A DNA stretch of 64,000 nt. Origin: Vicinamibacteria bacterium. Lineage in GTDB: Bacteria; Acidobacteriota; Vicinamibacteria; Marinacidobacterales; Marinacidobacteraceae. The notes beneath the pieces were generated by a model. That model was not told the origin of the DNA and ran no database searches. It saw nothing but the letters and a program-made list of their open reading frames with translations. The position numbers were made by a program, and so were the translations under genes. The DNA lies in NCBI GenBank assembly GCA_965199715.1, contig OZ241322.1, positions 1,152,001 through 1,216,000 on the forward strand, read 5' to 3'. Shown piece after piece: positions 53,272-63,304 of the stretch (position 1 is the stretch's first letter; the number at the start of each line of letters is the position of its first letter).

Positions 53272-54120
53272 TCAGCCGAGGAGCGCCTGGAGGTCCAGCC
53301 GGCCGCCGGCGAGCGGGGGACACCAGTAGTACGCCCCGTCGAGCGGACGCGAGAAGTGGAACAGCGCGTCCACGATTCCGTCGTCCTCGCCGGCCATCCG
53401 GCGAAGCTGCTGCTCGAAGGGGTCGAGCCCGCTTCCGAACGCGACGAACACGAGACCCTGGCCGGTCGGATCCGCCCACGGCATGGAACGCCGCCAGACG
53501 AACGCGTGCGGGTCGAAGGACTCCTGCTCGGTGCGCTTCACGTGGGCGGTCGGGGGCGCGTCGGCGATCTCGGCGTTGTCGCGAAGGCGCCGCCCGATGA
53601 CGAGGTCGCGCCCGTGCGCCCCGAACCGGGCGAAGCGCTCGAGGTCGTGCGCCCACCGCTGGACCGCGACGAAGGAGCCGCCGTCCTCGGTCAGCGCGAC
53701 CCCCGGGGCCTTCTCCGGTGACGGGTTCTCGGTCCCGTCCTCGTATCCGGTCAGGTCGCGGGAGCCGTGCGAGAACCCCTCGGTCGCCTGATCGAAGGCG
53801 AAGGCGGGAGCGAGCGCCCTCTCGACCCGCGCCGCCTGAGCCACGAGGTCGCCGCGCCGGGCGGAGCGGAGCCACGTCCACAGCGCGCCGGGGATGGACG
53901 GAACCGAAGCGAACGCCGGGAACGTCCGCAGGCCGGGGACATCCGCCCCCAGCTCGCGCACGAGCGACGCGCCCACGCCGACCACCGCCGAGCCGTCCGC
54001 CGGAAGCGCCGAGAGGTTGGCGAGCGCCGCCCGGGGGTCCGAGCCGGGGACCCGGCGCCAACGCAGGAACCGGGCGTGCGCGGGCAGGTCGGCGAGAATC
54101 CCCGGTTGTGCGCTCTTCAC
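53272..54120 (-). CDS. Dyp-type peroxidase
   Basis: GYEDGTEN (GxxDG), QRW.HDL, AHVKR, RRSMP. Confidence 0.92.
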   Translation of the reverse strand: MKSAQPGILADLPAHARFLRWRRVPGSDPRAALANLSALPADGSAVVGVGASLVRELGADVPGLRTFPAFASVPSIPGALWTWLRSARRGDLVAQAARVERALAPAFAFDQATEGFSHGSRDLTGYEDGTENPSPEKAPGVALTEDGGSFVAVQRWAHDLERFARFGAHGRDLVIGRRLRDNAEIADAPPTAHVKRTEQESFDPHAFVWRRSMPWADPTGQGLVFVAFGSGLDPFEQQLRRMAGEDDGIVDALFHFSRPLDGAYYWCPPLAGGRLDLQALLG

Positions 54121-54125
54121 GTCCG

Positions 54126-55508
54126 GTGAATTTTATTGCGGGCCTGCTCCTCGCCGCGCTCCCGGCCGCGGGGAAGGACACGCCGATCTTCACGAGCGAC
54201 TTCCCGGCGAGCGAGTTCGCCGCCCGCCGGGCGCGGGTGCTGGAAGCGATCGCCCCGGACGTCGTGCTCCTCCAGGGCGCCGCCTCGCCGCTCGGGTACG
54301 TCCGCTTCCGCCAGCCGAACTCGTTCTGCTATCTGACCGGCGTGGAGGCGCCGCACGCCTGCCTGCTGCGGGACGGGCGCGAGGGGCGTTCGGTGCTCTA
54401 CCTGCCGCCCCGCGACGAGCGCCGCGAGTCCTCGGAGGGGCGGTTGCTGAGCGCGAGCGACCGCGAGCTCGCGATGGAGCGGACCGGCGTGGACGACGCG
54501 CGCCCGGCGTGGATGCTCGCGGACGATCTCGCCCGGCCGGACCCGGCGGTGGTCCATGCGCCGCTCGCGTCGGCCGAACTCGCCGGGATGAGCCGGGACC
54601 TCGCGACCCGCGGGACCGCCGACATCGCGAAGGATCCGTGGGACGGCCGGGAATCGCGGGAGGCCGTGTTCGCGAACCATCCGCGCGAACGGGGGATCGA
54701 GGTCCGCGACCTGAGCCCGGTCCTGGACTCGATGCGCCTCGTCAAGAGCGAGCGCGAGGTCCGCCTGATCCGCAAGGCCACCGAGCTCTCCGGGCGGGCG
54801 CTCATGGAGGCGATGCGCTCCACCCGTCCGGGCGTCCGGGAGCACGAGCTGGACGCGATCGGGAAGTTCGTCTTCTTCCGGAGCGGGGCGCAGGCCGACG
54901 CCCGCCGCTCGCTCGTCGCGACCGGGACCAACGCCTGGCGCCCGCACCGCCACCGGGGCGCCAGCGAGCTTCGGGAGGGGGAGCTGGTCCTCATGGACTA
55001 CGGGTCCGACGTCGGCTACTACACGAGCGACGTGACCCGGATGCGGCCGGTGGACGGGACCTTCCGGGGGTGGCGGCGCGACCTCTACGGCTTCCATCTC
55101 ACGTGCTGCCGGGCGATCCTCGACGCGATCCGGCCCGGCGACGTCGCCGCCGTGATGGCCGCACTACCGAACCGCGCCGCCGAGGCCTTCGTCGCGTCGT
55201 GCCGGGCCCGCGCCGAGAGTCGGCCGAGCGGCATGGGCCACGGCGTGGGGATGGCGGCGCATGACTTGGGGAGCGGCGACGGCGCGCTCGTTCCGGGGAT
55301 GGTCTTCACCATCGAGCCCCAGTTCCGGGTTCCCGAGGAGCGGATCTGCATCCGCCTCGAGGACGTGCCGCTCATCACCGACGACGGCGTGGAGAATCTC
55401 TCCGGGTTCGTCCCGCTGGACATGGACGCTATCGAGGAATTGATGCGCGAGCCCGGCATGCTCGATCGCTACCCGAGGGAACTTCCGGCGCGGCCGAACG
55501 TTCGCTAG
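54126..55508 (+). CDS. Xaa-Pro aminopeptidase (M24B), apparently degenerating
   Basis: KSERE, D...Y.SD.TR, GH.VG...HD, FTIEP, RLED; many radical substitutions. Confidence 0.8.
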   Translation: MNFIAGLLLAALPAAGKDTPIFTSDFPASEFAARRARVLEAIAPDVVLLQGAASPLGYVRFRQPNSFCYLTGVEAPHACLLRDGREGRSVLYLPPRDERRESSEGRLLSASDRELAMERTGVDDARPAWMLADDLARPDPAVVHAPLASAELAGMSRDLATRGTADIAKDPWDGRESREAVFANHPRERGIEVRDLSPVLDSMRLVKSEREVRLIRKATELSGRALMEAMRSTRPGVREHELDAIGKFVFFRSGAQADARRSLVATGTNAWRPHRHRGASELREGELVLMDYGSDVGYYTSDVTRMRPVDGTFRGWRRDLYGFHLTCCRAILDAIRPGDVAAVMAALPNRAAEAFVASCRARAESRPSGMGHGVGMAAHDLGSGDGALVPGMVFTIEPQFRVPEERICIRLEDVPLITDDGVENLSGFVPLDMDAIEELMREPGMLDRYPRELPARPNVR

Positions 55509-55513
55509 ACACG

Positions 55514-57949
55514 ATGCGGCACGCCTTCGGCGAGGCTTTCCGGAGCCTGTCCCGCCAGCCCGGCTTCGCCGCGCTGGTCGTGCTTCCGCTCGGGCTCGGA
55601 ATCGGCGCCGTGGCGACGGTGTTCTCGGCGGTGCACGGAGTCCTGCTGAAGCCGCCGCCGTTCGCCGACCCCGACGCGCTGGTGCAGGTCTGGGAGCGGC
55701 GGCCGCGGCTCTCGATCCCCGACGAAGTGGCGGCCATGTCCACGGACCACTTCCGCGAGTGGCGCGACGTGGCCCGGGCGTTCGACGGGATGGCCATGTA
55801 CGGGGACGCGGGGGTCGCCTACACCGGGCTCGCCGCGTCGCCGGGGCCGCCCCGGCCGCTGCGAGCCGAGCGAGTGTCGCCGGCGCTGTTCGACGTGCTC
55901 GGGGTCGGCCCCGCCCGGGGCCGCTCGTTCCTTCCCGAGGAGGAGACTCCCGGGCGCGACCGGACGGCGATCCTGAGCCACGCCTTCTGGACCCGGGAGT
56001 TCGGGGCGGACCCGGCGATCCTCGGGCGGTCGCTGCTGCTCGACGACGTCCCCCGGGAGATCGTCGGGATCATGCCGGCCGAGTTCGGGTTCCCGATCCC
56101 CACCACCGAGATCTACCTCCCCTACCCGGTGGAGCCGCCGCAGCCGCCCGGCCAGGGCGTGCGGCTGGAGCTGGTCCAGGTCGTGGCCCGTCTCAAGGAC
56201 GGCGTCGCGCCCGAGCAGGCGGAGGCGGAAGCGACCGCGCTCCTCGCCCGGCTGAGCGAGGAGAGCGAGGTCGAGCGGATGCTCAACGAGGGAGCCTCGG
56301 TCCACCTCGTCTCCTTCGTGGAGCGATCGACCGCGCGGCTGCGGAACCCGCTGTACGCGCTGTTCGGGGTCACCCTGCTCGTGCTCCTCATCGCCTGCGG
56401 CAACGTGGTGAACCTGCTGCTCACCCGCGCCGCCGGCCAGGAGCGCGAGCTGGCGGTGCGCGCCGCGCTCGGGGCCGGCCGCGGCGTCCTCTTCCGCCGC
56501 CTCTTCGCCGAGAGCTGCCTGCTGGCGGCCGGGGCCGGGCTCGCCGGGGTCCTGCTGAGCGTTCCCGGGGCGGCGCTCGTGCGCTCGCTCGGCGATCTCG
56601 GGCTCCCGCGCCTCGCGAACGCGGGCGTGAGCCCGGCCGTGCTGGGCTTCACCTTCGCCGTGGCGGCGGTCGCCGCGATCGGATTCGGCGTGCTGCCGGC
56701 GTTCCGGGCGTCCGCCGGCAACCCGGCGACCGCGCTCGGAGGCTCGGCGCGGAGCGACTCGGCGGGGCTCCTCGGGTCGCGCCGCGGCGTCTTCGCCTCG
56801 CTCCAGCTCGCGCTGGCGCTGCCGCTGCTGATCGGCGCCGGCCTGCTCACCCGCAGCTTCCTCAACCTCGTCGAGACCCACCCGGGCTACGAGGCCGAAA
56901 ACACGCTCGCCTTCTCGCTCCCCCTGCCCGACGCCCGCTACCCGACCCCGGAGAACAAGCTCGCGGCGCTCGACGCGCTCCAGGAGTCGCTCGCCGCGAT
57001 TCCCGGGGTGGAGCGCGCCGCGTTCACGAACACGCTTCCGCTCGGGGGCGAGCGCGCCATCATCGGGTTCCGGCGGCTCGGCGACGCTCCGACGACCGAC
57101 CCGAACCAGGTTCCCCGGGCGCTCCTGCGGCGGGTGACTCCCGGCTACTTCCGGGCCATGGGCATTCCGCTCCGGCAGGGACGGACCTACGCGCCCGAGG
57201 ATCGCGCCGGAACCGGGATCGTCGTGAACGAGGCGCTCGTGGAGCAGTACCTCGAGGTCGAGCCGGTGGGATTCGAGATCCTCCCGATGGGGCCGATCCT
57301 CGGCGTGGTGGGGAACGTGCAGCCGGACGGGCCGGAAGTCCCGCCCGAGCCGATGATCTACGAGCTGGCCCGGGCCTCGGCCGTCGGCGAGGCGATGTAC
57401 GGGAACATGTCGGCGGTGCTGCGGATCGCGCCGGGCGCCGAGACGCTGCCCGCCGTCGCCGACCGCATCCGGGAGTTCGACCCGGAACTCGCCCCGCTGA
57501 ACCCGCGGGGCCTCGACGACCGCATCCGCGATTCGGTGGCCCAGCCCCGGCTCTACGCCGCGCTCATGGGGGGCTTCGCCGGAATCGCGGCGCTGCTCGC
57601 GGCGTGGGGGGTCTTCGGGGTCGTGCGGCGCCGCGCGGCGGGCAGCATTCCATCCTACGGGGTGCGCATGGCGCTCGGCGCGACTCCCGCCGCCATTCGG
57701 GCGCTCGTGCTGCGGGACGGCCTGCGGATCGCGGCCTTCGGCCTGGCGCCCGGCGTCCTGCTCGCGGCGCTGCTCTCGCTGGCCGCCGGCGCCGAGCTGA
57801 GCCCGTTCCTCTTCCTCGTGGAGCCGCTCGATCCGGCGGTGCACGTCCTTGTCCCGGCGGGCCTTCTGGCGGTGCTGCTGCTCGCGAGCCTGGGCCCCGC
57901 CCGCACCGCGTCGCGGATTCCGGTCGCGGAGGCGCTCCGCCATGAGTAG
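55514..57949 (+). CDS. ADOP-type duplicated ABC permease (MacB-PCD/FtsX x2)
   Basis: LGIGA...VFS.V..VLL.P, LLIAC.NV.NLLL.R, GVRMALGA, ALRHE. Confidence 0.9.
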   Translation: MRHAFGEAFRSLSRQPGFAALVVLPLGLGIGAVATVFSAVHGVLLKPPPFADPDALVQVWERRPRLSIPDEVAAMSTDHFREWRDVARAFDGMAMYGDAGVAYTGLAASPGPPRPLRAERVSPALFDVLGVGPARGRSFLPEEETPGRDRTAILSHAFWTREFGADPAILGRSLLLDDVPREIVGIMPAEFGFPIPTTEIYLPYPVEPPQPPGQGVRLELVQVVARLKDGVAPEQAEAEATALLARLSEESEVERMLNEGASVHLVSFVERSTARLRNPLYALFGVTLLVLLIACGNVVNLLLTRAAGQERELAVRAALGAGRGVLFRRLFAESCLLAAGAGLAGVLLSVPGAALVRSLGDLGLPRLANAGVSPAVLGFTFAVAAVAAIGFGVLPAFRASAGNPATALGGSARSDSAGLLGSRRGVFASLQLALALPLLIGAGLLTRSFLNLVETHPGYEAENTLAFSLPLPDARYPTPENKLAALDALQESLAAIPGVERAAFTNTLPLGGERAIIGFRRLGDAPTTDPNQVPRALLRRVTPGYFRAMGIPLRQGRTYAPEDRAGTGIVVNEALVEQYLEVEPVGFEILPMGPILGVVGNVQPDGPEVPPEPMIYELARASAVGEAMYGNMSAVLRIAPGAETLPAVADRIREFDPELAPLNPRGLDDRIRDSVAQPRLYAALMGGFAGIAALLAAWGVFGVVRRRAAGSIPSYGVRMALGATPAAIRALVLRDGLRIAAFGLAPGVLLAALLSLAAGAELSPFLFLVEPLDPAVHVLVPAGLLAVLLLASLGPARTASRIPVAEALRHE

Positions 57950-59408
57950 CTTCCGCAAGTACCGCTCGGTCCTGCTCCTCGCGGCGGCCGGGGTCGCGGT
58001 GGCGGCGCAGGCGCTCCGCCACGAACCCGCCGAGGAATCGGCCGGGGTCGCCGGCGCGCTCGCGCCGTGCGCCGACGAGAGCGGGCGGTGCGGGGTCGTC
58101 GAGGTTCCCGAGGATCCGGCCCGGCCCGACGGTCGCGCGATCGGCCTCAACGTCCGGGTGCTGCCGGCGACCGGGCAGGAGACCCGCCCGGACCCGCTGT
58201 TCATCCTCGCCGGCGGCCCCGGGCAGGCGGCCACCGACGTCGCCCCGCTCGTCGCCCCGCTGCTCGGGGACGTGCGGGAACGCCGCGACCTGGTGTTCGT
58301 GGACCAGCGCGGGACGGGCGCGTCGAATCCGCTGACCTGCGAGATCGACGAGGAGGCGGCGCTCGATTCAGGGCGGGTCTCGCTCAGCCGGGAGGATGTC
58401 GAGAGCTGCCTCGCCGAGCTGGACGCCGACCCGCGCTTCTACGCGACGCCGGTCGCGATGGACGACCTCGATCGGGTGCGCGACGCGCTCGGATACGAGG
58501 AGATCAACCTCTGGGGAGGCTCCTACGGCACCCGCGCGGCCTCGGTGTACATGCGCCGGCATCCCGACCGCGTCCGCGCCGCGATCCTCGACGGGATGGC
58601 GCCGGTCCACATGAGCCTGCCGCTCCATTTCGCCGCCGACGGCCAGCGCGCGCTCGACCTGGCGCTGTCGGCCTGCGCCGAGGATCCCGCCTGCGCGGAG
58701 CGCTTCGGCTCGCTCGGCGCCTCGATCGAGGATCTGCTCCGCAGCCTCGACCACGACCCGCCCGAGCGGGTCCCGGTCCGCCACCCGCGCACCGGCGAGT
58801 GGGAGGAAGTCCCGCTGGGCCGCGACGCGGTGGCCGCCGCGCTGCGGGGCGTGCTCTATTCGCCGAACCTCACCACGCTGGTTCCGCTGATCGTGGAGCA
58901 GGCGCTCGTCGGCGACTTCGGCCCGCTGGCGGTGCTCTCGGACCCCGTCGGCGGGCCGCAGCTGGAGCTCGGCATGTTCCTCTCGGTGGTCTGCGCCGAG
59001 GACGTCCCGTTCCTCGATCGCGCGGAAGCGGAGCGCGCCGGCGGCGACACGATCTTCGGCCACTTCATCGTGGACGCCTTCGCCGAATCCTGCGTCCACT
59101 GGCCGAGCGGCTCGATCCCGGACGGCTACCGGGAGCCGGTGCGCTCGGACGCCCCGACGCTGCTGCTCTCGGGCGAGCTGGACCCGGTGACGCCGCCGCA
59201 CTGGGCGGACCGCGCCGCCGAGACGCTCCCCAATTCCCGCCACCTGGTGATTCCCGGGACCGGGCACGGCACGCTGCGCGCCGGGTGCGTCCCCTCGCTC
59301 ATCGCCGAGTTCCTCGAGACTGCGGACCCCCGGGCGCTGGACGCTTCGTGCGCCGAGGAGATCTCGCGACCGCCGTTCTGGACGGCCCCCACCGGACCCC
59401 GCCCATGA
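57942..59408 (+). CDS. Secreted alpha/beta hydrolase (TAP-like peptidase)
   Basis: GGPG, DQRG.G.S, GGSYG, DPVTP, GHG. Confidence 0.88.
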   Translation: MSSFRKYRSVLLLAAAGVAVAAQALRHEPAEESAGVAGALAPCADESGRCGVVEVPEDPARPDGRAIGLNVRVLPATGQETRPDPLFILAGGPGQAATDVAPLVAPLLGDVRERRDLVFVDQRGTGASNPLTCEIDEEAALDSGRVSLSREDVESCLAELDADPRFYATPVAMDDLDRVRDALGYEEINLWGGSYGTRAASVYMRRHPDRVRAAILDGMAPVHMSLPLHFAADGQRALDLALSACAEDPACAERFGSLGASIEDLLRSLDHDPPERVPVRHPRTGEWEEVPLGRDAVAAALRGVLYSPNLTTLVPLIVEQALVGDFGPLAVLSDPVGGPQLELGMFLSVVCAEDVPFLDRAEAERAGGDTIFGHFIVDAFAESCVHWPSGSIPDGYREPVRSDAPTLLLSGELDPVTPPHWADRAAETLPNSRHLVIPGTGHGTLRAGCVPSLIAEFLETADPRALDASCAEEISRPPFWTAPTGPRP

Positions 59409-60118
59409 TCGAGGCCGCCGGGCTCCGCAAGACCTTCGGCGAGGTCGTCGCGGTGGACGAGGTCAGCTTCTCGGTCGCCGACGGGAGCGTGACCGGCCTG
59501 CTCGGCCCGAACGGCGCGGGCAAGTCCACCACGCTGCGGATGCTCTACGGCCTCATGAAGCCGAACGCCGGGAGCGTCGCGGTGGACGGCGTCGCCGTCA
59601 GCGAGGATCCGGTCGGCGCGCAGAAGCGGATCGGGGCGCTGCCCGACTCCCACGCGCTGTATCCGCGGCTCACCGGCCGGGAGAACGTCGAGTACTTCGC
59701 GGCGCTGCGCGGAGTCCCGAAGGCGGACGCCGACGCCCGCATCGCCGAGTACGCCCAGCTCATGAACATGGGGGGATTCCTCGACCGGCGCGCCCGCGGC
59801 TATTCGCACGGCGAGCGTTCACGGGTGCTGCTGGCGCGGGCGCTGGTCCACGATCCGCAGAACGTGCTGCTCGACGAGCCCACGAACGGGCTCGACGTGA
59901 TGAGCACCCGCAGCATGCGCGACCTCATCGTCGAGCTGCGGCGCCGGGGACGGGCGGTGCTCTTCTCGAGCCACATCATGCAGGAGGTCTCGCTCCTGTG
60001 CGACCGGATCGTGATCGTCGCCGCCGGACGGGTCGTGGCCGACGGCGAGCCCGACCAGATCCGGCGGATCGCCGGCACCGACGACCTCGAGGACGCCTTC
60101 GTGCGGCTCACCGGCTGA
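59405..60118 (+). CDS. ABC transporter ATP-binding protein (NatA-like)
   Basis: GPNGAGKST, YSHG, LLDEPT.GLD, SSH. Confidence 0.92.
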   Translation: MIEAAGLRKTFGEVVAVDEVSFSVADGSVTGLLGPNGAGKSTTLRMLYGLMKPNAGSVAVDGVAVSEDPVGAQKRIGALPDSHALYPRLTGRENVEYFAALRGVPKADADARIAEYAQLMNMGGFLDRRARGYSHGERSRVLLARALVHDPQNVLLDEPTNGLDVMSTRSMRDLIVELRRRGRAVLFSSHIMQEVSLLCDRIVIVAAGRVVADGEPDQIRRIAGTDDLEDAFVRLTG

Positions 60119-61281
60119 TGCGCACCGTCCTCGTCGTCTTCAGGAAGGAGCTGCTGGAGGGGGTCCGCGACCGGCGCGCCCTCATCGCGGTGGCGTTCTC
60201 GATCAGCGTCTTCCCGGTCCTGATGCTCCTCATGGGCAACTTCGCGAACCGGATTCGAAGCGAAGTCCGGGACATGGAGATCCCGGTCGAGGGCGCCGAG
60301 CGCGCGCCCAACCTGGTCGAGTGGCTGGAGCAGCAGCGCGGGATCTCCATCGCGCCGGCGCCGGAGGATCCGGTGGAAGCGGTCCGGAACCGGGACGCGG
60401 ACGTCGTGCTGCGGATTCCCGAGGACTACGCGGAGCGCTTCGCCGAGGCGCGACCGGCGGAGCTGGACGTGGTGGCCGACAGCTCGCGCCCGGCGGCGTC
60501 CGCCAAGGCGCAGCGGGTGGAGGAGCTGCTCGAACGCTACGGCGGCGAGATCGGGGCGATGCGGCTCGTGGCCCGGGGCGTGAGCCCGATGGTCGTGACG
60601 CCGCTCGAGGTGGACCGAACCGAGGTCGTGAGCGAGCGCCGGCGCACGGTATTCGGGGTGCTCTCGTTCATCCCGATGTTCCTGCTGATGAACGCCTTCA
60701 TGGGCGGGATGCAGATCGCCGCCGACTCGGTCGCCGGCGAACGCGAGCGCGGCAGCATCGAATCGTTGCTGCTGAACGCGGTTCCGGCGCGCCGGCTGAT
60801 CTACGGCAAGTGGGCGGCGGCGTCCGCGTTCGGCCTCCTGCTCACGGTGCTGGGGCTCATTTCCTGCCTCGTCGTGCTTCGTTTCATGCCGGGGAACATG
60901 AACGTCGCCGCGACCGCCGCGGACTGGGCGCTCGTCCTCGTCGTGGCGCTTCCGCTCGCGTTCCTGACCGCGGCGCTCCAGGTCGTCGTGGCCACGTACG
61001 CGAAGTCCTACAAGGAGGCGCAGACCTACTTCGGCTACCTCGTGATGCTGCCGATGCTCCCGTTCTTCGCGGTGACCTTCAACCTCATCGAGCGGGGCAC
61101 GTGGAGCGCCTTCATCCCCATCCTCGGCCACTACCTGACGGTGCTGGATCTCGTGGCCGGCGAGCCCGTCGCGGCGTGGGAGATCCAGACGCTCGGGCTG
61201 CTCGTGGTCGCGTTCACGCTGGCGCTACTGCGGTTCGCCTCGTCGCTGTTCGTGCGCGAGAGCGTCGTCTTCACCCGCTGA
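60118..61281 (+). CDS. ABC-2 permease (NatB-like)
   Basis: KE....RDRR, AGERERGSIE.LL, AKSYKEAQ; TGATG overlap. Confidence 0.88.
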   Translation: MRTVLVVFRKELLEGVRDRRALIAVAFSISVFPVLMLLMGNFANRIRSEVRDMEIPVEGAERAPNLVEWLEQQRGISIAPAPEDPVEAVRNRDADVVLRIPEDYAERFAEARPAELDVVADSSRPAASAKAQRVEELLERYGGEIGAMRLVARGVSPMVVTPLEVDRTEVVSERRRTVFGVLSFIPMFLLMNAFMGGMQIAADSVAGERERGSIESLLLNAVPARRLIYGKWAAASAFGLLLTVLGLISCLVVLRFMPGNMNVAATAADWALVLVVALPLAFLTAALQVVVATYAKSYKEAQTYFGYLVMLPMLPFFAVTFNLIERGTWSAFIPILGHYLTVLDLVAGEPVAAWEIQTLGLLVVAFTLALLRFASSLFVRESVVFTR

Positions 61282-61990
61282 CGAACGCCCGCCGCCGCTT
61301 GCGGGCTTCGACGAGGCCGGACCAGCCGGGCGACGGAACCCACGGCGCGGCCGCCCGCGCCATGGCGATGCGGTGGATGCGCCGGCCTTCGGCCAGGTAC
61401 TTGCGCTCGAAGTTCGAGCCGGCCGCCTCGCCCGCTCCGGCGGCCCCGGGCGGCGGGTACGGCACCTCCCCGAGCGCGGCGCGCCCGGCGGCGGCCGCGC
61501 GGACGTCCACGAAGTAGGACTCGAAGTCGGTAGCGACCCTGAGCAGCGCTCCCGGCGCGAGCGCGCGCTCGACCGCCTCGAGGAAGCCCGCGTCCACGAG
61601 CCGGCGGTTCCGGTGGCGCCGCTTCGGCCACGGATCGGGGAAGTACACGTGGACTCCGTCGAGCGAGCCCTCGGGAAGCGCCAGCAGGAGGTCGAGGCCG
61701 TCGCCGTGGACGATCCGGGCGTTCGCGCATTCCCGGCGGCGCAGTCGATCCGCGGCGTGGCGGAAGTAGCGCCGGGCCAGCTCCACGCCGAGGAACAGGC
61801 GTTCGGGATGCGCTCCGGCGGCCGCCACGAGGAACGATCCCTTGCCGGAGCCGATCTCGAGCTCCAGCGGGGCGTTCGGCGGCGCGTCGAACAGATCCCG
61901 CGGCGCGAACGGTTCCGGGAGCTCGGCGAACGCGAGTCCGAAGCCCTCGATCCGGGCGCCGGCGCGCGCCCGGATGTGGCTGCGCGGCAT
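61271..61990 (-). CDS. trmB: tRNA (guanine-N7)-methyltransferase
   Basis: EIGSGKG, FPDPWPK.RH..RR, ATD...Y, FERK. Confidence 0.93.
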   Translation of the reverse strand: MPRSHIRARAGARIEGFGLAFAELPEPFAPRDLFDAPPNAPLELEIGSGKGSFLVAAAGAHPERLFLGVELARRYFRHAADRLRRRECANARIVHGDGLDLLLALPEGSLDGVHVYFPDPWPKRRHRNRRLVDAGFLEAVERALAPGALLRVATDFESYFVDVRAAAAGRAALGEVPYPPPGAAGAGEAAGSNFERKYLAEGRRIHRIAMARAAAPWVPSPGWSGLVEARKRRRAFVSG

Positions 61991-62767
61991 TCAGCGGCGG
62001 CGCTGCGCGAACAGCCACTCGTAGAGGCCGTCCTCGCGGTACGCCCGCACCCACGAGTCGTGCCCGACCCCCGCGTATTCCGTGTAGCGGGGCGGGCTGC
62101 CCGCGGCCTCGAGCGCCGCGGCCATCCGGCGGCTCTCCTCCGCCGGCACGGTGCGGTCGTCCGCGCCGTGGAAGATCCAGATCGGGACGTCCCGAAGCGC
62201 CCGCGCGGTCTCCGTCCACGGATCCTCGGGATGCACCGCCGCCGGATGCCAGTCGGGAACGCCGAGCCGGGAACGTCGTCCGGGCGACACGCCGCCGCAG
62301 ACCGGGACGAGCGCGGCGAACCGGTCGGGCTCCCGGTACGCGAACGCCCACGTCCCGTACCCGCCGAGCGAGAGCCCGGTCAGGTACACGCGGTCGGGAT
62401 CGCCGCCGAACTCGGCCATCGCCGCGTCGAGCGCGTGGATCGCGGCGGCGGCGACCCGCTCGTCGCCCCACCACGCCCGGCGCGGGGTCTGCGGCAGGAC
62501 CACGACCGCGGGAAAGTCGCCGCGCTCGCGGATCGCCTTCGGCAGCCCGATGTCCATCTGGCGTTCGCCGTCGGTTCCGCTCTCGCCGCGCCCGTGGAGG
62601 AAGAGCACCACCAGCGGCGATTCGGCCTCGCCCCGCAGCACGGCGTCCGGGACATAGACCTGCCAGCGGACGAGGCGCCCCCCGATCTCGGCGCTGCGCG
62701 GCTGGAACTCGCCGGCGGCCGCCGGCGGAGGCCCCAGAAGCAGGAAGAGGAGCGCCAGCCGTCGCAT
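61991..62767 (-). CDS. Secreted esterase/peptidase (alpha/beta hydrolase)
   Basis: FLHG.GE.G, GLSLGG, FHG..D..VP, GHDSW. Confidence 0.88.
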   Translation of the reverse strand: MRRLALLFLLLGPPPAAAGEFQPRSAEIGGRLVRWQVYVPDAVLRGEAESPLVVLFLHGRGESGTDGERQMDIGLPKAIRERGDFPAVVVLPQTPRRAWWGDERVAAAAIHALDAAMAEFGGDPDRVYLTGLSLGGYGTWAFAYREPDRFAALVPVCGGVSPGRRSRLGVPDWHPAAVHPEDPWTETARALRDVPIWIFHGADDRTVPAEESRRMAAALEAAGSPPRYTEYAGVGHDSWVRAYREDGLYEWLFAQRRR

Positions 62768-62803
62768 GCGGCGGGAATGCTACCCATCGCTACACTGCCG
62801 CGC

Positions 62804-63304
62804 ATGCGTTTCGCGAAGGCGCTGGCGGACGAGTTCCGCAAGGAGAGCGCGGCCACGCGCACGTTTCTCGAGCGGTTCCCCGCGGACCGCGCCGACTTCC
62901 GGCCGCACGAGAAGTCCATCACCATCGGGGAGTTGGCGTGCCACGTCATCGAGCTTCCGGAGTGGGCCTTCACCGTGCTCCGGGACCCGGAGTTCAATTT
63001 CGCGGGGTGGAAGCACCGGCCGCTCGGCCTGACGACCGCAGCGGCCATGGTCGAAGCGCACGACCGGATCACCGAGCGCGTGCTCGAGTTCGTCTCGGGA
63101 GTCGCCGACGAGGCCGCCGGGGAGACCTGGACGATGCGCAGCGGAGACCACGTCCGGTTCAAGACGCCGCGCGCGGCGGCGATCCGCGAGTTCGTGCTCA
63201 GCCACCTGATCCACCACCGGGGCCAGCTCAGCGTGTACTTCCGGCTCCTCGACGTCCCGGTCCCGGGCGCGTATGGTCCCTCGGCGGACGACCGGCAGGG
63301 GTAA
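62804..63304 (+). CDS. DinB family protein
   Basis: PHEKS..IGELA.H, H..HHRGQL.VY.R, YGPSAD. Confidence 0.9.
   Translation: MRFAKALADEFRKESAATRTFLERFPADRADFRPHEKSITIGELACHVIELPEWAFTVLRDPEFNFAGWKHRPLGLTTAAAMVEAHDRITERVLEFVSGVADEAAGETWTMRSGDHVRFKTPRAAAIREFVLSHLIHHRGQLSVYFRLLDVPVPGAYGPSADDRQG

Noticed and set aside
53272-53320. Encapsulin cargo-loading peptide on Dyp
   Set aside because: The C-terminus (GRLDLQALLG) does not match the GSL.IGSL-type motif and no encapsulin gene is adjacent
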